This document shows positions 28,994 to 39,700 of a DNA stretch of 64,000 nucleotides, piece by piece (position 1 is the first letter of the stretch; each line of letters starts with the position of its first letter). This DNA comes from Lysobacterales bacterium (GTDB lineage: Bacteria; Pseudomonadota; Gammaproteobacteria; Xanthomonadales; SZUA-5): NCBI GenBank assembly GCA_022844165.1, contig JALHMH010000004.1, positions 32,001 through 96,000 of the forward strand, written 5' to 3'. Below the pieces are notes generated by a model. That model was not told where the DNA came from, did no database searches, and saw nothing but the letters and a program-made list of their open reading frames with translations. Position numbers and translations under genes: made by a program.

Positions 28994-31900
28994 TCACCAA
29001 CCTACGTGTTCCAAGATGGGCCGAATCAGCCCACCGCCCCATTGCATGACACCCGGCATCTCCAGCACGACGATGGCCAACGCCAAGATCACAAACGGCG
29101 TCAAGAACGCCGAAATAAAGGTCCAGGAAATGTCGGTGCGACCGGAGGTGTTCGACAACAAGCGGCTCAGCGCTTCATTGCGCTCACACCAGATCAGCGC
29201 GTAACAAAATCCGAATGCGCCCAGCAGGAGATAGCCCAGTGCCACCAGCAGTAAGCCATCGCGCGCACTGATCGGCCAGGCGTAACCGCATGCAATCAAT
29301 GCACCGGCGGCGACAAATGCGCCGTAAAAGCAAAGTCGAATTCGCCTGACCAGATAAGCGGCCAACGTCGCCGCAATCGTCCGATGGGTCAGCGAGTCGA
29401 CGTACTGCTGACTAATTTCTGCCATGCCTCCGACGAAGGCGTTGGCCTGTGTAATTCCCAAGAACTTAAGCGACGGCAGCCAATCATGCTCATCGGCGTT
29501 GAACGGCGACTCGCGGAAGAAAGGCGGTATCCAGCGAAGTCGAACCTCACTTCCGTTGTGAACCAGCGCCGTGGTCGGGAGCACCGCCCAGTCGCCAAGC
29601 CTGAACTTGCCATCGGCGCTCGGCAGCGCTTGCATCATGCGCATCGTCAAGCGGCCGCTGAAGCGTCGCAATTCCGACAGCCACATAGCTGCCTGGAGCA
29701 ACGCGGTCCAAGCCAGCAATCCGAGCAGCGCGGTCGCCGCGAAGGATGCCCAGGCGACCCAAGCCGAATATGGGACGAAGTGCAATCGAGGGCCCGAAAT
29801 GGTCGGTGCGACCACAACGATCAGCGGCAGCAGCGCCAACACACCGACAGCGCCGATCGGACCTCGCGGCAGGCGGACATAGCGGACGAGCAGTTGTTGC
29901 GGATCTCTGATCAGCTCGACGAACCTGGTCGGTGGCTCCTTGTCTCCGTTCGCAATGAAATCGGCCCGCCAGCAGAGCAACCAGGTAGTCAAGAGTACGC
30001 TTCCGATGACGACCGCGGTCAGCAATGGCAGACTGACGCCGTCGAAGATGCTCCCGGCAGAAGAACCCATCAGCTCATAGAGATTCCAAACAGCTGGACC
30101 GCTGGCCACTGCAGTCGCAACACTCAGCAAACATAGCGGCAATTGCGTTAGCGTCATTTCGGTCCAGACGTTCCATCCAGGAGCGAACTTGGCTGTTCTT
30201 ACACTTGCCCAGAAGACGTATCCCAGGCACGCCAAGTTTGTGGTCAGCAAAAGAACTTCTGTGACCGCGGACGACAAGAGAAGAATAGTGAAGCCGGCCA
30301 TCCAGGTTATCAAAGGCATCCAGGCGCGCATGGTCGACGACGCGCCAGGGGTTGGGCCGCCCTCCCCGGGCAGAGTGCCGGAGAGCACAATCGCAAAGAG
30401 GACAAAGGCAAAAAGCACCAAGGCAAGGAGCGACATGAACACGGCTCCTCGTCCAGCTAATTTGGCTTCCAATGCCTTCTCTGAAGCGTCCGCCAGAGAC
30501 CTTGTTGTTGCGGTATGGAAAAGCGGCGGAAAACCAACGCTGATTCGAAGCGTTGACTGATTGCACCATCTTGTGCAAGCTTTTTCTTCGATGCCCAAAG
30601 ATCGAACAAGGCAAAACAGCAGCGCCTGGTCGTCGGTGGAAAACGACTCATAGCTAGGAGTTTGGCCGTGGCTGTGGATCTCAAACTCCAGCGGATGCGA
30701 TGCCAACATCACGGCACCACGCGTGGCATGCGCGACGCTCGAGTGCGACATCAAGACATCGGCCTCTAAGTCGATGAATAAGGCTTGCGGCAGCTCACCG
30801 CGCAACCGCTGCATCAGAAAGATCCGATCTCTGACATCGGTGGCGGCGATCACGACGATGCGTGGCCTGACATTGATTTTGATGTGGCGGATTGCCTGTT
30901 CAAGTTCGAGTTCGGCGCTGGCGATGGTGGTCGACGCTTGCGTACTTTCTGGAAACTCCGAGCCGTTTTCGGCACCGGGCGCCAGGTCGAGCAGCGAGTG
31001 GGAGTTGGGCAGTCCAAGCGCATCGCGCGCTATCGCTTCGGCACGCCGTTCGCGTTCACGGGCGCCGTGTCGGATGTCGGCGATGTTGGCTGGAAAATGG
31101 ACCTCTAATGCGCGCTGACACAGCTCAAGCTTGGACTCGTCGGCGCAAACTCCGCTGCCAAAAACCGACGCTTCGGAGAAGATCGCGACGTCACGAGATT
31201 GCGCGTTTGGCTGCTCCGGCAACACACCATTGCTGACGAGGCGAGCATGCAGATTCTCGAGCTTGACGTCGTCCGGAACTGCAAATGACCGATAGCTGAA
31301 ACCGCCGTACCGCTTAGCCGCATGTTCGTTACTGGAAGACGTCGCAGCGGCCGACACCAGCGTCATCGTCGGCAGCTCACCCGGACGGGTTTGAATGCCA
31401 CGCAGCATTTGAATCGCCGCACTCAGCGGCTTGCAAGCAGCATCGGACTTCCAGCGCTCCTTCAGCCGCTTAACGCCATCGTTGGAGACGCGCCTTGGTC
31501 GATGCTCGGCGAGCAGTGCGGTGAACTCACTGGTGAACAGTGCGAGCTTGCGCCGTTCACGTGCACGACAACGGGTGTCCAATTGAGTGTCCGATTGAGC
31601 GTCTGCACGGGCGTGGCGCAGATGCGCTTCCAGCTTACGAAACGCATCGTGCTGAACCCGATCGATTCGTTCGTAGCGCTTGTGGCTTGATCGCAAGAGC
31701 GCGAAGGCACTGGCGATCGAGGACATTGAGCCGGAAAAAGCGGGACCGATCACCAGCACCGGTTTGACGTCTTCGTGCGTGACTAAAGCCAGCTGGTCTG
31801 GAGGACAGGTGGACTGACGTGTTGGCGTGAACGAACCAGGGATCGGTGCGTTGTCGAACGTCAATGCACGCTGCGGCAGGCATCCATCCCGACCGAGCGC

Positions 31901-33178
31901 CTTCCAGTGCGCCCGTCCAACGGCGTTGGCAAAGGCTTCTCGTTGCACGCCGAAGGAACCCGACTCGCCCACCACGTACAGTGCTCGGACAATGAAGCCC
32001 TCGGCATTGTTTCGACGGTAATCGTCGCGCCGAAACACCAGCACGCCGAACTTGCCATCGTCCACCAGCTGACTGCCGCCGCGTTCGACCGGAGCTACGT
32101 ATTTGGGATCGTCGAGGTACTGCTGCCAGGGCACGCTGTAGCGATCGAGTACGAATCCCGCGCTGAGCATGCCGCGCATGACTGCGTGTACGGATAGCTC
32201 GTACGCTCGGCGATGGCGTGGAATACGCGGGTCGGGAACCAACAACACGCCGTATTCGATGGCATCTGCGTCGGTGTAGATCTCTTCGAAATCGGCTTCG
32301 GGATCGATTTGCCGCGCAATGCCGCTGGTTGGTGTGGGTCGGCCCAGCAAACCGATCTCGATTGCGGTTGCGATCTCGTTCAGCCCCTCATGGGCTTCCA
32401 GACCGAGTTCGTCGATCGCTTCGGCTATTTGCTTATTGGCTGTTGCGACCCCATTGGTCGCATGGGCGATGTTCTGGGTTGCCGAACTCAGTGAACTTGG
32501 GTTGGCCTGTTCGTCTTTCGTTGAGTCGCGCTTCGAATGCACCGCCTGAGCCACCAGTTCAGTCGCGCCCGACAAAACACTAGCGTGGTGAATGACGGCC
32601 GAGACCTGGTTTGCTGTATTGGTTCTGTCGTTGATTTGTCCGCGTTCGATCAATCGCAACTCGACCCGTGCGTTTTCCAGTTGTTCCTGCCACAGGTTGG
32701 ACTTGTCGCGCAGCCGACGAATGCAACCGTGGATCGAATCGCAGCGCTGGTTGTAGATCAACTCGGTCAGCTTGATCGGGTCGACAAAACGCGGAAACTC
32801 CGTATCGCCCGCGCACTCGGGGTCTGCCAGCTCATCCACACTCACACACGCCGCTCGTTTCAGGTCACGGACGGTCTGTTCGTTGATCGGCGAAAAGTGA
32901 CGGGCTGTAGCGTTGTTTTTCCAGATCGGACCCGATTGCCTTGAGTGGGGCAAAGGACAAAGCTCTTTAACCTTGTCCTGGCATGTTCTCGCCAAGTCGC
33001 ACTGACGCTGCACATCAAACTCGAGGTTTGGCGATTGTCCTTGTGGGATGCCCCGCACGACGCGATGGCACTCAAGCACGGTATTGCAGTAGGGCCGCAA
33101 CTCCCTCAAATCGGAAATGCACGCTTCCGCTGTTGCAGCCGACGCAAGAATGATCAAGCAGGCAAGTAGAGCGCGCAT
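28994..33178 (-). CDS. Large membrane protein: signal peptide, Cys-rich/coiled-coil region, ~600-aa alpha/beta ectodomain, roughly 10-12 TM
   Basis: 1394 aa from MRALLACLIILASAATAEA; LVIGPAFSGS motif; hydrophobic C-terminal third. Confidence 0.85.
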   Translation of the reverse strand: MRALLACLIILASAATAEACISDLRELRPYCNTVLECHRVVRGIPQGQSPNLEFDVQRQCDLARTCQDKVKELCPLPHSRQSGPIWKNNATARHFSPINEQTVRDLKRAACVSVDELADPECAGDTEFPRFVDPIKLTELIYNQRCDSIHGCIRRLRDKSNLWQEQLENARVELRLIERGQINDRTNTANQVSAVIHHASVLSGATELVAQAVHSKRDSTKDEQANPSSLSSATQNIAHATNGVATANKQIAEAIDELGLEAHEGLNEIATAIEIGLLGRPTPTSGIARQIDPEADFEEIYTDADAIEYGVLLVPDPRIPRHRRAYELSVHAVMRGMLSAGFVLDRYSVPWQQYLDDPKYVAPVERGGSQLVDDGKFGVLVFRRDDYRRNNAEGFIVRALYVVGESGSFGVQREAFANAVGRAHWKALGRDGCLPQRALTFDNAPIPGSFTPTRQSTCPPDQLALVTHEDVKPVLVIGPAFSGSMSSIASAFALLRSSHKRYERIDRVQHDAFRKLEAHLRHARADAQSDTQLDTRCRARERRKLALFTSEFTALLAEHRPRRVSNDGVKRLKERWKSDAACKPLSAAIQMLRGIQTRPGELPTMTLVSAAATSSSNEHAAKRYGGFSYRSFAVPDDVKLENLHARLVSNGVLPEQPNAQSRDVAIFSEASVFGSGVCADESKLELCQRALEVHFPANIADIRHGARERERRAEAIARDALGLPNSHSLLDLAPGAENGSEFPESTQASTTIASAELELEQAIRHIKINVRPRIVVIAATDVRDRIFLMQRLRGELPQALFIDLEADVLMSHSSVAHATRGAVMLASHPLEFEIHSHGQTPSYESFSTDDQALLFCLVRSLGIEEKACTRWCNQSTLRISVGFPPLFHTATTRSLADASEKALEAKLAGRGAVFMSLLALVLFAFVLFAIVLSGTLPGEGGPTPGASSTMRAWMPLITWMAGFTILLLSSAVTEVLLLTTNLACLGYVFWASVRTAKFAPGWNVWTEMTLTQLPLCLLSVATAVASGPAVWNLYELMGSSAGSIFDGVSLPLLTAVVIGSVLLTTWLLCWRADFIANGDKEPPTRFVELIRDPQQLLVRYVRLPRGPIGAVGVLALLPLIVVVAPTISGPRLHFVPYSAWVAWASFAATALLGLLAWTALLQAAMWLSELRRFSGRLTMRMMQALPSADGKFRLGDWAVLPTTALVHNGSEVRLRWIPPFFRESPFNADEHDWLPSLKFLGITQANAFVGGMAEISQQYVDSLTHRTIAATLAAYLVRRIRLCFYGAFVAAGALIACGYAWPISARDGLLLVALGYLLLGAFGFCYALIWCERNEALSRLLSNTSGRTDISWTFISAFLTPFVILALAIVVLEMPGVMQWGGGLIRPILEHVGW

Positions 33179-33526
33179 GAGCGGTCCAAACTCTCTTGCC
33201 TGAAAGGAGATGCTTTGAGGTAACGTGTCCCAGATGTTCTGGTAAAGTTTTGTCAAAACTGCCGGCAGGTACTCGTTGCAACTCGGCAACCTGGCCGGCG
33301 CTCGCCGGCGAGCGCTATGGACCTCCAGCGCCTGGCGCGATGCCGGTCAATCCGACGGCCTGCGGCTGTGCACGAAAGCGCCGTCACCCCGGCCGACTGC
33401 CCTGAAGTCGATTGCGCCAACGCCGCTGGGAATTGCTGCGTCGGATCTCCGCTGATTCGCGGTGTCGTTGTGCGATTGGCCGCGCGAACGCGTTTCAGTT
33501 TCGGACATGCATCCACGAGGTTTCTT

Positions 33527-34201
33527 ATGAGGTCGGTTACCTGGCAGCTAGCAGCGGCAGGTCTGGTGTCGATACTGGTTGTGGCCACGGCGCATGCGCG
33601 CACCGCCAGCGTGCGCGATACGCGACTTGTCGTCGAAAGCGACCACCCGTGCCAGTTGCGTATTGATGGGCGAGAACAGGGGGAAGTGGCGCCTGGCAAA
33701 TCCCTGCATTTGAACCTGGATCTCGATGAAGTATTCGTCGAGTGCCAAAGCGAGCGCTTTCAGGACCTGAGGCATGAAGAGGTTTACGCACTGCCCAAGC
33801 TCGATCGAGCAGTGCTGTCCATCGTTTTCGGCGATGCCGTTCGCGACGCAGAAGAGAAGCTCGCGCGACAGCAGACACGGTTTCAAAGTCGATCGGACGG
33901 CGTATTCGACAAGCAGCAGGGACTGGTCTGGGCGCGGGCCGAAAGCGATAAGGCACTGAACTGGCAACAGGCGCACGACTATTGCCCGAGTCTGGGCAGC
34001 GGCTGGCAATTGCCATCGGTTGCTCAGCTTGAGAGCCTGGCGCATCAGGATGCGCCGTTGGATTTCGGTGTCCAATACCAATGGAGCAACAAACGTGTTG
34101 ATACGGATCGCGCGATCGCCGTTCGCGCGAAGTTCGGCATGTGGTCGGTCGAGAAAACGGACAGGCCATACGCTGCGCTCTGCGTGCTGATAAGTGAGTG
34201 A
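33527..34201 (+). CDS. Exported protein with PEGA-like and DUF1566-like domains
   Basis: Signal peptide; DKQQGLVW..LNWQQAHDYC..GWQLPSVAQLESL. Confidence 0.8.
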   Translation: MRSVTWQLAAAGLVSILVVATAHARTASVRDTRLVVESDHPCQLRIDGREQGEVAPGKSLHLNLDLDEVFVECQSERFQDLRHEEVYALPKLDRAVLSIVFGDAVRDAEEKLARQQTRFQSRSDGVFDKQQGLVWARAESDKALNWQQAHDYCPSLGSGWQLPSVAQLESLAHQDAPLDFGVQYQWSNKRVDTDRAIAVRAKFGMWSVEKTDRPYAALCVLISE

Positions 34202-34256
34202 AGGCAGTCCCGTCGGGTTTTTGTACTCGGCCGAAGGCGGAGATGGGCGATGCGGG

Positions 34257-34889
34257 ATGCGAGGAAACAGCGGTGCCTGGTTTGTGGAGCCGATCCATGC
34301 ACGTGACCTGCGTGAGAACAGCATCGGGCCTTCGTTTCGTGACCTGGACCTTCGCCACATGGATGATCGGCTGACGCGACTTCGCCAATGGCTGACGCCG
34401 AATTATCTGCACCGTGCGCTGGCGGTCCCGGAACACGTGCTGCTGAAGCCGGGCTGGCGGTTGTACGTGTTGAAAATCGACGGGCTCACGCGTCAACTGA
34501 CGGGTCCGCGAACGCGAGTCCTGGCATTCGAGCAATTGCGGACGCGGCTGTTTCCCCAGATCTTATTGCGCCTGGATTTCACTGACGTCGTCGACATCAC
34601 CCAGGATGGACATCAGCTATGGCTCTCCGAAGCGGCGACCGTGCGGTGGCGCAATGCCGCACCGAACCCTGCTTCGACCATCGCCTTTGCATTCCAGTAT
34701 CTGCCCTTCGCCATCGCTCTGGATGGCGAGTGTCTTAGTGGCGGTTGGATCGTGCCGGCACAAAGTCGCGCCATCGGGGCAGCGCCGCGCATGCGCCTTC
34801 TGGTTGGGTCGCGACAGCTGACCATCGAGTTCGTTGCCGATGGCAACGACGATCCGGCTCGCGCCATGATTGCCAGCCGCAACGGTTGA
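34257..34889 (+). CDS. Hypothetical protein
   Basis: Open frame of about 210 aa after the DUF1566 gene; start uncertain. Confidence 0.45.
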   Translation: MRGNSGAWFVEPIHARDLRENSIGPSFRDLDLRHMDDRLTRLRQWLTPNYLHRALAVPEHVLLKPGWRLYVLKIDGLTRQLTGPRTRVLAFEQLRTRLFPQILLRLDFTDVVDITQDGHQLWLSEAATVRWRNAAPNPASTIAFAFQYLPFAIALDGECLSGGWIVPAQSRAIGAAPRMRLLVGSRQLTIEFVADGNDDPARAMIASRNG

Positions 34890-35031
34890 GACTCGGCATC
34901 GCCTCGTCCCGACATTCGAGCGTGGTTGTGTTGGCGTCACGCTGCATACGCCGTGCGCGGCTTCCTCGTGGGTTGGCCCGTCGCCATCAACTCGTGAGGG
35001 CTGTTCGCGTTGAACCGTCGAGTGCTGGCGC

Positions 35032-36603
35032 CTAAGGATTGAGCAACTCGAAGCGCCTCACATCCAGATTCGGATGGCGCGATTTCAATGCGATCAGCCA
35101 ATCTTCCTCTGTCTCTGGCTCGCCAGTCGCCGGCGCCAGACCACCGACGCCGCGCGTCGGTTCGAACGCATAGAGGCCTTCGCCCGGCGTATCCAGCGCC
35201 GCCTGCTGCGCCGCCTGGATATGTTCGCTGTCGATCGGCTCGGCGCTCAACAGCACGAAAAAGCGCTCGCGACCGCCGCGACTGGTAATGCGCCAATCGA
35301 GCGCCGCATCGGGCAGCCGGTAGCTGCCTGGAGCGAGTGGGTTTTTGAGTGTTGAGGTGTTCAGCGGAAACAGCAAAAAGCGCGCACCAGCCAGGTCCTC
35401 ATTGATGACGTAGACGTGGCGGCGGCTGCTCAACGAGAGATTCAGTGCCAAGGCATCGCCGACGCGGGCAGTGGCGCCGTTAGCGAGGATTTCGATGCCT
35501 TGATCGGTGGTGCGCAGCCATTCGGTGCGATGCGGCACCGGTGCAACCGGCCACCACGCGATGACGGCTGCTACCATCGCGGCGGCCGCAGCCGCGGCCA
35601 GGGGCAGCGCTCGACTTCGCGACGGTGCGGCCCGCAGTGCCGCCGCAAAATTGCCGCAACTCAGGTGTCGCCTGGCCGGATCGGTGACCAGGGCCCTTTC
35701 GATCGCATCGATCAATGTGCGCGGCAGGTCCGGTCGCAAGTCCATCAGTCGTCGGCGCTCGCCGTTCCGTTGCCGGGTTTTGAGCTCGATTACGGTCTCG
35801 GCAGCGTAGGGATAGCTGCGTGTTGCAAGAAAGAACAGCAATACACCCAGGCTGTATTGGTCGGCCAGCGACGTGATCGCCGTTGACGTAAAGCGCTCCG
35901 GCGCCATGAACAGCGGCGTGCCGCTGGCGCCTAAGGGATCGTCGGCGTATTGGCTGGAGCCGAAATCGGCGACGACCCAACGGCCATCGCGATGGCGCAA
36001 GACATTGGCCGGCTTCAGATCGCCGTGGACGATATTGCCCTGATGCAGCGCGCATAGCGCGGCGCACAATTCGGTGCCGATCATGGTCAACTCGCTGGCG
36101 CTGAGTTTGCCCTGGCGTGCCAGCCACTGCTCAAGCGATTCGCCCGGAAGCAACTCGCCGACAAATCCGATGATGCGATCGGTCTCGATGGCGCCGTACA
36201 CCTTCAGCACGTTCGGGTGGTCGATGCGTGCCATCAACTGTCCTTCGCGCAGCAGATCCTGGCGGTGGCCGCTCTTGAACACTTTGAGCGCAACGTCGCG
36301 ATCCAGTCGCACATCGTGGGCGCGATACACGGTGCCATAACTGCCCTCACCGAGTACCGCGGCGATGCGCAAGTCGCCCACGATGGTGCCGATGGATATC
36401 GGCCCCGCGGCCTCCGGCACGTCGGCAGCGACCGCAAAACTGCCCGCCAGGGCAGCCACCTGGCGGAGGCTTCCCAGCAGCGCTGGACTTAAGTCCTCCG
36501 CTGCCTTCGTCCAATCGATGGGCAATCCTTCGGCCAGCCGGGTCGTCCACTTGAGTAAGGGATCGGCGTGCAGTGGGGTGACATTACTTGCGGTCGCCGC
36601 CAT
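35032..36603 (-). CDS. Ser/Thr protein kinase with TM and C-terminal DUF4384-like domain
   Basis: LGEGSYGTVY, VALK, HGDLKPANV, DFG, GTPLFMAPE; VYVINED..LLFP. Confidence 0.92.
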   Translation of the reverse strand: MAATASNVTPLHADPLLKWTTRLAEGLPIDWTKAAEDLSPALLGSLRQVAALAGSFAVAADVPEAAGPISIGTIVGDLRIAAVLGEGSYGTVYRAHDVRLDRDVALKVFKSGHRQDLLREGQLMARIDHPNVLKVYGAIETDRIIGFVGELLPGESLEQWLARQGKLSASELTMIGTELCAALCALHQGNIVHGDLKPANVLRHRDGRWVVADFGSSQYADDPLGASGTPLFMAPERFTSTAITSLADQYSLGVLLFFLATRSYPYAAETVIELKTRQRNGERRRLMDLRPDLPRTLIDAIERALVTDPARRHLSCGNFAAALRAAPSRSRALPLAAAAAAAMVAAVIAWWPVAPVPHRTEWLRTTDQGIEILANGATARVGDALALNLSLSSRRHVYVINEDLAGARFLLFPLNTSTLKNPLAPGSYRLPDAALDWRITSRGGRERFFVLLSAEPIDSEHIQAAQQAALDTPGEGLYAFEPTRGVGGLAPATGEPETEEDWLIALKSRHPNLDVRRFELLNP

Positions 36604-36732
36604 CGCTCAGTCCTTGCGTATGCTCATGTGATGCGCCAGATTCGTCAGGGCCGGCTGTCTACGTGCTGGGTGGTCGCGGCCGGAAACCGGCCGGACGCGC
36701 CGGATTCTGGCATGCCTATGGTTCGCCCTGCA

Positions 36733-39700
36733 TCACTCGAAGCCACTGGCGAACAGGCTGTCAAGTACGACTTCGTGAGTCGTGTTACGGCTGCTGGGAT
36801 TGAAGTTGGCATTGCCCAGATAGTTGAAACTGATGCTGCGCACGCCGACCTGAGTCAATGTCAGCTGGCAACTGGTGGCAGGCAACGCGATGGTGCAGTT
36901 CTCACTGGCGCTGGCCGAAACCGTAATACTGCCGGTCGGCGATCCAGCGCCCGGCGCCTCGACGCCCAGAATTGCGCTCGCTGTGACGGTTTGGCCCGCA
37001 ATCGATGGCGAGGGTGCGATCGAGAGCCCATTGAGTGCCGTATTGGCCGCCAGCACTTGCTGCGCCTGGCCGTCGCAACTGCCGTTGAAACCATTCCCAG
37101 CGGGGAAACATGCTGTGAGCAGTGTGTTGCCGGCAACACTGCTCACCAGTTGGCAACTGCCCGAGCCATTGGTGACGACGCCATTGCACGACGGACTTCC
37201 GCCGCTTCCGTTGATGAAAAAGCCACCAGTTGGCAAGCTGCCATTGGCCGCGGTGACCAGGACGTTGACGACGTAGGCTTCTCCCACTCGAGAAGGATTT
37301 GGCGCCTGGCCGGTGATGGTGATTGTGGTGTTCACCGCCTGCGGCATCGTCACAGTATGCGGCTCGGTATCGCTGCTGGATGCATAGCTGGCGTTGCCCG
37401 AGTAGTTGGCGGTGAGCGTTTTTTGCCCGGCACTGGTGGATGTCAACTGACAGGAGGCCATGCCGCCGCTGAGGGTCACGTTGGTGCAGCTGGCGCCGCT
37501 GCCATCGTTGATACTGACCGTGCCGGTCGGCGTGGCGCCGGCGCCCGCGACTTGCACCATGACGGTGTAGGGCTGATTCACCTCGGAGGGATCCGGTAGA
37601 TCCGAGGTGATGGTGGTGGTGCTCGGCGGCAAAGTGACCGTGTGCGATTCGGTGTCCTGGCTGGCGGCGAAAGCCTGACTGTTCGGTGTGTAGACGGCGG
37701 TCAGGGTTTTCTGGCCCGGTGTGCTCGATGCCATCTGACAGGAACCGCCGCCGGTGCTGAGCACGATGGTGCAACTGGCGCCGCTCCCATCGCTGACGCC
37801 GACAGTGCCGGTGGGTGCTGCGAATCCCAGGTTGGTCGCAACCGCTACTACCACTGTGTAGTTCTGACCGATGATCGAGGGATCCGGCGTGTCACTGATG
37901 ATCGTGGTCGTGGTGCTGGCCGCCACCACCACGTGCGACTCGGTGTCGCTACTGTTCAAGAAGTTGGGGGCGCCGCTGAAGGTTGCGCTCAAGGTTTTGT
38001 TTCCGACCGTCAACGAGGTGAGCGCGCAGCTGCCATTGCCGCCGCTCAGGGAGGCGATCTGGCAGGTCTGGCCGGTTCCATCGGACACCGTCACCGTGCC
38101 CTGCGGAACCGCCAGATTCCCGTTCGGCGTGCGCACCTGGACTTGCACCTCATATGGCTGCCCAACTTCGCTGGGATCAGGTTGATCGCTGGTGATGGTC
38201 AGTTGCGTGCCCACCGGATTGATCTGGTGGGGCTCGGTATCTGAGCTCGGCAGATGGAACAGCGATCCGGGAAAGTTGGCGGTCAGGGTTTTGTTGCCCA
38301 GCGTGGTCGACAGCATCTGGCAGCTGCCGCTGCCACTGGCGCTCAGCGCGATAACACACTGCACGCCGCTGCCGTCGCTGATCGTGATCTCGCCATTGGG
38401 CGTGCCGCTCGGACTCGTGGTTTGCGCCGTCACCTGGTACGGCTGGCCGAACGCCGATGGATCTGGGGTGTCGGCCGTGATGGTGGTGGTACTCGCGCTG
38501 GCTTCGAGGAAACACAGACTCGCTTCGCTGGTGTCGCCGGTGGAGATACGGGTCGCCACGGCCGACAGCACGCCTCCCGTGGCGGTTCCTGGCACCGCCA
38601 CGTTGAAGCCCACGACGCCCACCAGATTGGTCACAAACTGGGTCCCGACCAGATTCAGCATGTTGGCGCGGCCGTTGGGACAATCCGGCGAACGATAGAT
38701 GTCGATGATGTACTGGCCGGTCTGAGTGGCCAGCGAGCCCGACACCTGGCGAGTGCCATCGGGGTTGATCGTGGAGGCATTAATGACCGGCTTGTTCTGG
38801 CCGTTGTTCGGGCCGCCATCGGCATCGCCCGGGTCGTTGTCGAGCGGGCCAAGATCGCCGAGTTCGATGTTCTGGGCCAGCGTATTGGTCAGTCCGTTGG
38901 CGAATATCCGGTTCGGCCGGATGGCAACGCCAACGCCGGCGGTGGTCGTCAGGTGCACACCGGGCCCTTCGCTATTGGTGATGGTATTCGACGCGGCGCT
39001 GTTAAGAATGCCGCCAATCTGGTGGTTACCCGAGCCGCCGGTGATGACGATGCCGCTGGCATTGCGGAACGCCGGCGTGGGCACGCCGCTCGCCGCCGTG
39101 CCGAAGCGATTGCGCGCGATCTCGTAGCCGGTGGCAGTGGCGCCGGTGATCGAGAGTCCGGCGGAGTTCTGCGATGCGGCAATCACGTTGTCGAGGATGC
39201 GTACATCCGGGCTGGCGCTGGCGAAGATGCCGTTACCGGTGATCGGTGAGGCGGCGAGGCCACTGGCGGCTACCCCGATGTAGTTGTTCTGGATCGTGTG
39301 ACCGCCGCTGGTGCTGTCGAACAAGGTGATGCCGCTGGTCGACTGGCCGCCGAAGGTGTTGCGATGCTCAGGTTCAGGGCCGCCCACCGTGGCGTCCTGC
39401 GCGCTATCCTCGATGCGCAGGCCGAAACTGAAGGTGCCCAGATTCGCGTGCACACCGGGCCCGGCACCGCCAAAGGCATTGCCCTGCACGATGTGGTCGC
39501 TGCCGCCGCGCAGGCGCACGGCGCTGGTGGCGCTACCGGCAATTGCGTTGAACGCAACACCGCGTAAGATCAGGCTGGTGCCGGCCGGCGCGTTGGCCGG
39601 CACTTGCAGGTAGTGAGTCATGGTCGATCCGAAGGCATGGCTCATCGCCAGACAGATCACCGCATCGCTGCCAAGGGTCTGGGTATTGGGCACGGCGCCC

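Noticed and set aside
36733-38500. Tandem DNA repeats of about 290 bp as a non-coding array
   Set aside because: They are the Ig-like domain repeats of the large secreted protein.
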